Origin: an uncultured delta proteobacterium | GTDB taxonomy: Bacteria; Desulfobacterota; Desulfobacteria; Desulfobacterales; QNYZ01 | Reading direction: 5' to 3' | DNA: 64,000 bases | Assembly: GCA_963845145.1 (NCBI GenBank) | Contig: CAWJQU010000002.1 | Coordinates: 480,001 to 544,000 of the forward strand | Part shown: positions 61,319 through 64,000 of the stretch, piece after piece | How positions within the stretch are numbered: the first letter of the stretch is position 1 | Layout of the letters: each line of letters starts with the position of its first letter | Made by a program: the position numbers and the translations under genes | Notes under the pieces: generated by a model | Database searches by the model: none | The model's input: only the letters and a program-made list of their open reading frames with translations | What the model was told of the DNA's origin: nothing

Positions 61319-63286
61319 CTACCCTTTATTAAAGGGAGCGGCATCAACGACTTCCTCGGCTTCACTCAGGGCAAGCATCAAGTTGCGTGGTTTTTTGGCA
61401 TCGCCAATGATCAACACTTTGGCCCGGCCGCCTTTTAAAAAATTCATGGCGTCCCGAACAGGTACCATATTTTCAGCAATCACGATGGTATCGAAATCTT
61501 TTATTTCGACGGGGTTACCGGCAGAAGTAAATCGCACCCCGCTTGGTTGCACTGCCCCCACCTTCACTTTTTTATACAGGGTCACATTGTCACGCTTAAG
61601 GCGTTCGCGCAGATAAAAGCGATCATTGCTGGACATCTCTTCGGCAAAATGGCGGTAACGATTCAGAAGGGCAATCGTTTTTCCCTGATTTGCCAGAAAA
61701 TCAGCCACCATCATTCCGGCCTGGCCACCCCCTAAAACAATGACCCGGCCGCCGGTGGAAGTGCGCCCATCTAAAACATCGGTCACCGTGCACAAATGCA
61801 TGGTCGTTTTGAAAAGGCCCTTGATAATGGGCATGTCGGGTCGACTGCCGGTAGCCAGCACCACCACATCCGGATCTATTTGTGCAATAAGGGTTTGCGT
61901 AAGCGGCGTGTTCAGCCGCACCTCAACCCGGAGGCGTTCCAACTCATTGACCAGAAATTGGACAATATCACCCACCTCGCCACGCCCCGGTGGTTTAGCG
62001 GCAAGCCGCATTAACCCGCCCAAACTCGCACCTTCCTCGCACAGGACGACATGGTGACCCGCCAGGGCGGCTTCCCGGGCCGCAGCCATACCGGCCGGCC
62101 CACCACCGGCAATGACGATTTTTTTAGGATCATCCGTCTTCGCTCCGCGCCCTAATAAATACTCTCTGCCGACTTGGGGATTAACCACGCAACCGCCCGG
62201 CTCCAGCATCAGAACGGCGTGGATGCATCCGAGACAGCACCCGATACACGGCCTAATGGCAGCGAGATCTCCGGATTCGGCCTTGTTGGGATACTCAGGA
62301 TCGGCCAGCAGCGAGCGCCCCAGAGCCACTGCATCGGCCTTGCCTTCCCGAATCACCCGGTTTGCCAGATCCGGCGATTTAATTCGGCCCACGGCGATCA
62401 CCGGAATAGCAACTTTTTCCTTAACCGCGGCAGCCAGGTGGACAAAACAGCCCTGCTTCGTATACATGGAAGGGATCGTCAGCTCAGTGCTGCCGTATAC
62501 CCCGGCGGATACGTGCAGATAGGCCGCACCCGCTTTTTCAAGCCGGACGGCCAGATCCAGGGCTTCCTCCGGCTCGAAACCGTTTTCCATATAATCGTTA
62601 CCATTCATACGAACACCGATGGGAAAATCTTCCCCGACCTTTTGCTTAATATCCGCAAACACTTCCAGGAAAAAACGAATCCGGTTTTCAAAGGAACCGC
62701 CGTATTTATCGGTACGATGGTTGGCGTTGGGGGACAAAAACTGGTTGATCAGATAGCCGTGGGCCCCGTGAATTTCCACAAAATCAAACCCGGATTCCCG
62801 GCATCGCCGGGCCGCATCGCCGAAAGCGGATACCATTTCCCCAATTTCGGCGATGGTTATTGCCCGGGGCGACCCTTTGACCACCGCCGGCGCGGGGATG
62901 GCCGACGGTGCCAACGTATGATCATGGTACGACTGCCTGCCGCCGTGCATCAATTGCACCCCAAAGCGCGTATCATACGGTTTTACGGCTGTGACCATTT
63001 TATGTAAGGCGTCAATACACCCGTCATCCCACATTGTGGGCAGGTTCGGCAATTCCAGGCCGGTCGGATGAACGGCCCCGCCGCCCACCAGCATCATACC
63101 AACCCCGCCTTTCGCCCGGGCCACAAAATATTCAATCAGTTGATCCGTAACACGACCCTCGTCATCCACACCGAAATTAATACTCATGGCGGACATGAGC
63201 AGCCGGTTTTTAGCGATCATGGCGCCGATTTTTATGGGACTGAAAAGGTGGTTGTAAACACTCATGGAATTATCTACCTCGGACAT
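61319..63286 (-). CDS. NADH:flavin oxidoreductase, OYE barrel + 4Fe-4S + FAD domain (2,4-dienoyl-CoA reductase/BaiCD-like)
   Basis: EIHGAHGYLINQFLSP, RTDKYGGSFENR, CIGCCLGC...C, GGGPAGM. Confidence 0.92.
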   Translation of the reverse strand: MSEVDNSMSVYNHLFSPIKIGAMIAKNRLLMSAMSINFGVDDEGRVTDQLIEYFVARAKGGVGMMLVGGGAVHPTGLELPNLPTMWDDGCIDALHKMVTAVKPYDTRFGVQLMHGGRQSYHDHTLAPSAIPAPAVVKGSPRAITIAEIGEMVSAFGDAARRCRESGFDFVEIHGAHGYLINQFLSPNANHRTDKYGGSFENRIRFFLEVFADIKQKVGEDFPIGVRMNGNDYMENGFEPEEALDLAVRLEKAGAAYLHVSAGVYGSTELTIPSMYTKQGCFVHLAAAVKEKVAIPVIAVGRIKSPDLANRVIREGKADAVALGRSLLADPEYPNKAESGDLAAIRPCIGCCLGCIHAVLMLEPGGCVVNPQVGREYLLGRGAKTDDPKKIVIAGGGPAGMAAAREAALAGHHVVLCEEGASLGGLMRLAAKPPGRGEVGDIVQFLVNELERLRVEVRLNTPLTQTLIAQIDPDVVVLATGSRPDMPIIKGLFKTTMHLCTVTDVLDGRTSTGGRVIVLGGGQAGMMVADFLANQGKTIALLNRYRHFAEEMSSNDRFYLRERLKRDNVTLYKKVKVGAVQPSGVRFTSAGNPVEIKDFDTIVIAENMVPVRDAMNFLKGGRAKVLIIGDAKKPRNLMLALSEAEEVVDAAPFNKG

Positions 63287-63426
63287 TTTTCAAATGGTTG
63301 ACACCCCAAATAGCAGAACGTCGAATGGATAGTCAAATCAGACGAATCCGCCCGAAAATACGAATGGTCACTTGATATCTTGGTTTCCAATCTTTGCCTT
63401 GTCCACTGAATTTTTATTTATCCATT

Positions 63427-63462
63427 GAAGTTGGCGGAGTTGGCAGAGTTGATGGAGTTGGC
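63427..63462. repeat. 9-bp tandem repeat, 4 copies (GGAGTTGGC)
   Basis: gaagttggc ggagttggc agagttgat ggagttggc in a divergent intergenic region. Confidence 0.7.
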
Positions 63463-63523
63463 TTTTGGTAACAACCCATTTATAATGCATGCATATTAAC
63501 GAAATCAAAGATAGGAGAAAGGG

Positions 63524-64000
63524 ATGAACCAGACCAAGGAAAAGATCAACCGCCAAATCGATAATCGTGCGCAAGAGATGTACGCCGTCAGCGAATACCT
63601 GTTTAACCATCCGGAAACGGCCTACCAGGAGTATAAGTCCTGTGACCATCTCGCCAAGGTTCTGGAAAAAAACGGATTTAAGGTTGAGACAAATATTGGC
63701 GGTGTGGAAACGGCGTTTGTGGCCCGTCCCCAATCGTCAGCCCCTGCTCGCCCTTGCGTGGCCCTTCTGGCGGAATACGACGCCCTTCCCAAAATCGGCC
63801 ATGGCTGCGGTCATAACCTGATTGCCGCTGCAAGTTTCGGGGCAGCCTTGGCGATGAAACACATAATGACAAATGGGACCGGCGATTTCATTGTCGTGGG
63901 AACCCCTGCGGAAGAAGGCGGCGGCGGTAAAGTACGCCTGATCGACGCCGGCGTATTTGATGACGTTGATGCGGCCATGATGTTCCATCCCAGCCAATGC
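63524..64000 (+). CDS. M20 family amidohydrolase (ACY1L2-like), 3' end outside window; absent from ORF track
   Basis: Own translation: HPETAYQE, AEYDALPKIGHGCGHNLI, GTPAEEGGGGK, DAAMMFHP; AGGAG RBS. Confidence 0.93.
   Translation, partial: MNQTKEKINRQIDNRAQEMYAVSEYLFNHPETAYQEYKSCDHLAKVLEKNGFKVETNIGGVETAFVARPQSSAPARPCVALLAEYDALPKIGHGCGHNLIAAASFGAALAMKHIMTNGTGDFIVVGTPAEEGGGGKVRLIDAGVFDDVDAAMMFHPSQC

Noticed and set aside
62174..63007. 277-aa plus-strand ORF
   Set aside because: Antisense shadow of the OYE reductase
56193..63462. Short repeat arrays as CRISPR
   Set aside because: Units are contiguous 9-21 bp tandems without unique spacers and no cas genes are present

Overview
A gene-dense, roughly 50% GC bacterial chromosomal segment. 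Its gene repertoire (several sigma-54 two-component systems, an MCP, FeS-DUF3786, DUF1566, CBS+DASS) resembles Desulfobacterota/Desulfobacterales; this taxonomic call is an inference. I found no rRNA, tRNA, CRISPR, prophage or transposase. In order: end of a peptide ABC operon; a livKHMGF-type operon with a sigma-54 promoter and an upstream kinase/NtrC-like regulator/SBP trio; nadK, ssb, FeS-DUF3786, ade, comEA-like; a lipoate/glycine-cleavage locus (lpdA, gcvH, a 36-codon gcvPA stub, fused lipB-lipA); CBS, DASS, MCP; a four-gene PspA / membrane-anchored SBP-VWA / 2TM coiled-coil / AAA+ operon; EamA; a second sigma-54 system ahead of an ABC uptake + CoA ligase cluster; TauE, tandem thioredoxin-like, ALDH7/LysR, 2TM-LytS-LytTR, algI/algJ-like, M43 protease, DUF1566, a REP doublet, SDR, azlCD, DUF2889, an OYE-type reductase and the start of an M20 amidohydrolase. 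The most interesting item is the PspA-AAA+ operon (28572-33873), a candidate ESCRT-III/Vps4-like membrane-remodelling module. More than a dozen single-base frameshifts, mostly in homopolymers, suggest long-read consensus errors, so broken genes should not be assumed to be pseudogenes.
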